From: Candidatus Harrisonbacteria bacterium
GTDB lineage: Bacteria > Patescibacteriota > Minisyncoccia > UBA6257 > 02-FULL-45-10c
NCBI GenBank assembly: GCA_016214655.1
Contig: JACROC010000005.1
Location: 131,078-195,077, forward strand
DNA: 64,000 nucleotides
Direction of reading: 5' to 3'
Positions 62,901-64,000 of this stretch are shown here, piece after piece. Within the stretch, counting starts at the first letter, position 1. The number at the start of each line of letters is the position of its first letter. The notes beneath the pieces were generated by a model that saw nothing but the letters and a program-made list of their open reading frames with translations, was not told the DNA's origin and did not search any database. A program made the position numbers and the translations under genes.

Positions 62901-62973
62901 GTTAGGGGTTAGGGGTTAGGGGTTAGGGGTTAGAAATTTACTAAACCCTCAACCCTATACCCTCGACCCTCAA
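62901..62973. repeat. (GTTAGGG)4 tandem heptamers facing a CCCT-rich inverted arm; rpsD-rpoA intercistronic hairpin
   Basis: GTTAGGGGTTAGGGGTTAGGGGTTAGGGGTTAG-aaattta-CTAAACCCTCAACCCTATACCCTCGACCCTCAA. Confidence 0.85.
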
Positions 62974-62982
62974 TTTATTAAT

Positions 62983-63594
62983 TTATTTAGAATAATAATC
63001 GACGACCATATTTACATCAAACAAAACCTCCATATCTTTAGGCAAGGAAACCACTTCGCCTTCAAATTTTTCCTTGTCCAATTTTAGCCAAATTGGCGCT
63101 TCGTATTTTTTTAATCGTTCTCCCAAATCTTTTAATTGCGCGATATCTTTAGATTGCGGTCGGATACCAATTTTATCTCTAACCCGCACCAAATAAGAAG
63201 GGATACCGACTTTTTTTCCGTTAACAACAATATGCCCGTGGCTGACCAATTGGCGCGCCAGAGATCTCGACGGAGCAAGGCCTAACCGAAAAACCGCATT
63301 ATCCAGTCTGCGCTCCAATAATTGAATGATCATCTGTCCGGTTACACCCGGATTCTTAACGGCAGTGACAAAAATCTTTTTCATCTGTGCTTCCCGGATG
63401 CCATAACTGTATTTAATTTTTTGCTTTTCCTGCAGCTGTTGGCCAAATTCCGAATAAGCATGCCGGTCTTTACCATGCAATCCAGGCCGATATGCTTTTT
63501 TGATCATTACACATTTTGGTGAATTACAACGATGCGCTTTCAAGAAAAGCTTAGTTCCCAATGACCGTTCTTTTTTTTCTCTGGTATCAAACAT
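62983..63594 (-). CDS. rpsD: 30S ribosomal protein S4
   Basis: The N-terminus has LFLKAHRCNSPKC, and the S4 domain has RLDNAVFRLGLAPSRSLARQLVSHGHIVVNGK. Confidence 0.9.
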   Translation of the reverse strand: MFDTREKKERSLGTKLFLKAHRCNSPKCVMIKKAYRPGLHGKDRHAYSEFGQQLQEKQKIKYSYGIREAQMKKIFVTAVKNPGVTGQMIIQLLERRLDNAVFRLGLAPSRSLARQLVSHGHIVVNGKKVGIPSYLVRVRDKIGIRPQSKDIAQLKDLGERLKKYEAPIWLKLDKEKFEGEVVSLPKDMEVLFDVNMVVDYYSK

Positions 63595-63612
63595 GTTGAA
63601 AAAATTAATTTA

Positions 63613-64000
63613 CTAAACGCGCCGAACCTTTGGCGGCCTAGGTCCATTATGCGGGATAGGGGTCATGTCTTTGATTGATAATATGTTAAAACCTTGATTC
63701 GCGAAAGAGCGGATTGCAGAATCCCGTCCACTGCCAACGCCATTCACAAAAACGTCTAAATCCGCTAAACCGGTTTTCTTCAATTTTTCGGCAATTGCCG
63801 AAACCACCCTAGAAGCGGCAAAAGGAGTCGCCTTTTTCGGTCCGGAAAAACCAAGTGATCCGGCAGATGCCCAAGCCAAAGTATTACCCTGCTGATCGGT
63901 AACAGTAATGATAGTATTATTGTACGAAGCGCCGATATAAACATTACCGCGCATCAATTTCTTTGCACCGGAAACAACCCTGGCTGATGTCTTGGCGATA
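63613..64000 (-). CDS. rpsK: 30S ribosomal protein S11; the 5' end runs off the window
   Basis: ASYNNTIITVTDQQGNTLAWASAGSLGFSG.KK.TPFAA and a C-terminal PHNGPRPPKVRRV. The frame stays open upstream of the listed Met to the window edge. Confidence 0.9.
   Translation of the reverse strand, partial: IAKTSARVVSGAKKLMRGNVYIGASYNNTIITVTDQQGNTLAWASAGSLGFSGPKKATPFAASRVVSAIAEKLKKTGLADLDVFVNGVGSGRDSAIRSFANQGFNILSIKDMTPIPHNGPRPPKVRRV

Noticed and set aside
62901-62933. The TTAGGGG-type tandem heptamers resemble eukaryotic telomere repeats, which could suggest a linear replicon end or eukaryotic contamination.
   Set aside because: There are only four units, located between rpsD and rpoA in a conserved bacterial operon. 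They are paired with an inverted CCCT arm, and related copies lie inside tpiA. I interpret this as a bacterial dispersed repeat or hairpin.

Overview
This is an AT-rich, gene-dense, mostly minus-strand window. It reads like a streamlined Patescibacteria/CPR-type bacterial chromosome: standard genetic code, short ribosomal proteins, and many small membrane proteins. Housekeeping genes recognised from their translations are rpsK-rpsD-rpoA-rplQ and rplM-rpsI at the right end, plus secA, murA, a PBP2-like mrdA, two mreB paralogs, rseP, proS, frr, tpiA, hpf, holB and a Maf-like protein.

Four accessory parts stand out:
1. 39.9-42.8 kb holds a complete diversity-generating retroelement (DGR). A GC-rich target gene ends in a 119-bp variable region (VR). 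A cognate template repeat (TR) differs from it at 22 positions, 21 of them TR adenines. There is also an Avd-like four-helix protein and a DGR-type reverse transcriptase (RT), which is split by a frameshift inside a (GA)11 microsatellite. A diverged GC-rich paralog of the target, with the same promoter and leader box, sits at 55.2-55.9 kb.
2. 1-19.5 kb is a copper / thiol-redox envelope island. It contains a P1B ATPase behind a CsoR gene and a CsoR-operator-like promoter, a MacAB-like efflux pump whose ATPase carries an N-terminal YHS/TRASH domain, two CcdA/DsbD-like membrane proteins, thioredoxin-like proteins, a YHS protein, DUF1573 and a cupredoxin. Two adjacent membrane-anchored proteins end in near-identical tails, GGGGCGI and GGGGGGCGL.
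3. 20-31 kb is an accessory stretch. It has a two-gene operon (a 1061-aa protein with a kinase-like C-terminus plus a 462-aa protein with a C-terminal nucleotidyltransferase domain), an orphan vWA protein, and an ASCH-like / EEP / Maf operon.
4. A family of G-tract heptamer repeats forms an rpsD-rpoA intercistronic hairpin and is also inserted in frame twice inside tpiA. Several GC-rich, hairpin-dense intergenic segments with their own terminators are candidate ncRNAs.

I could not recognise any rRNA, tRNA or CRISPR array. All functional calls rest on motif recognition by eye; no database search was run.
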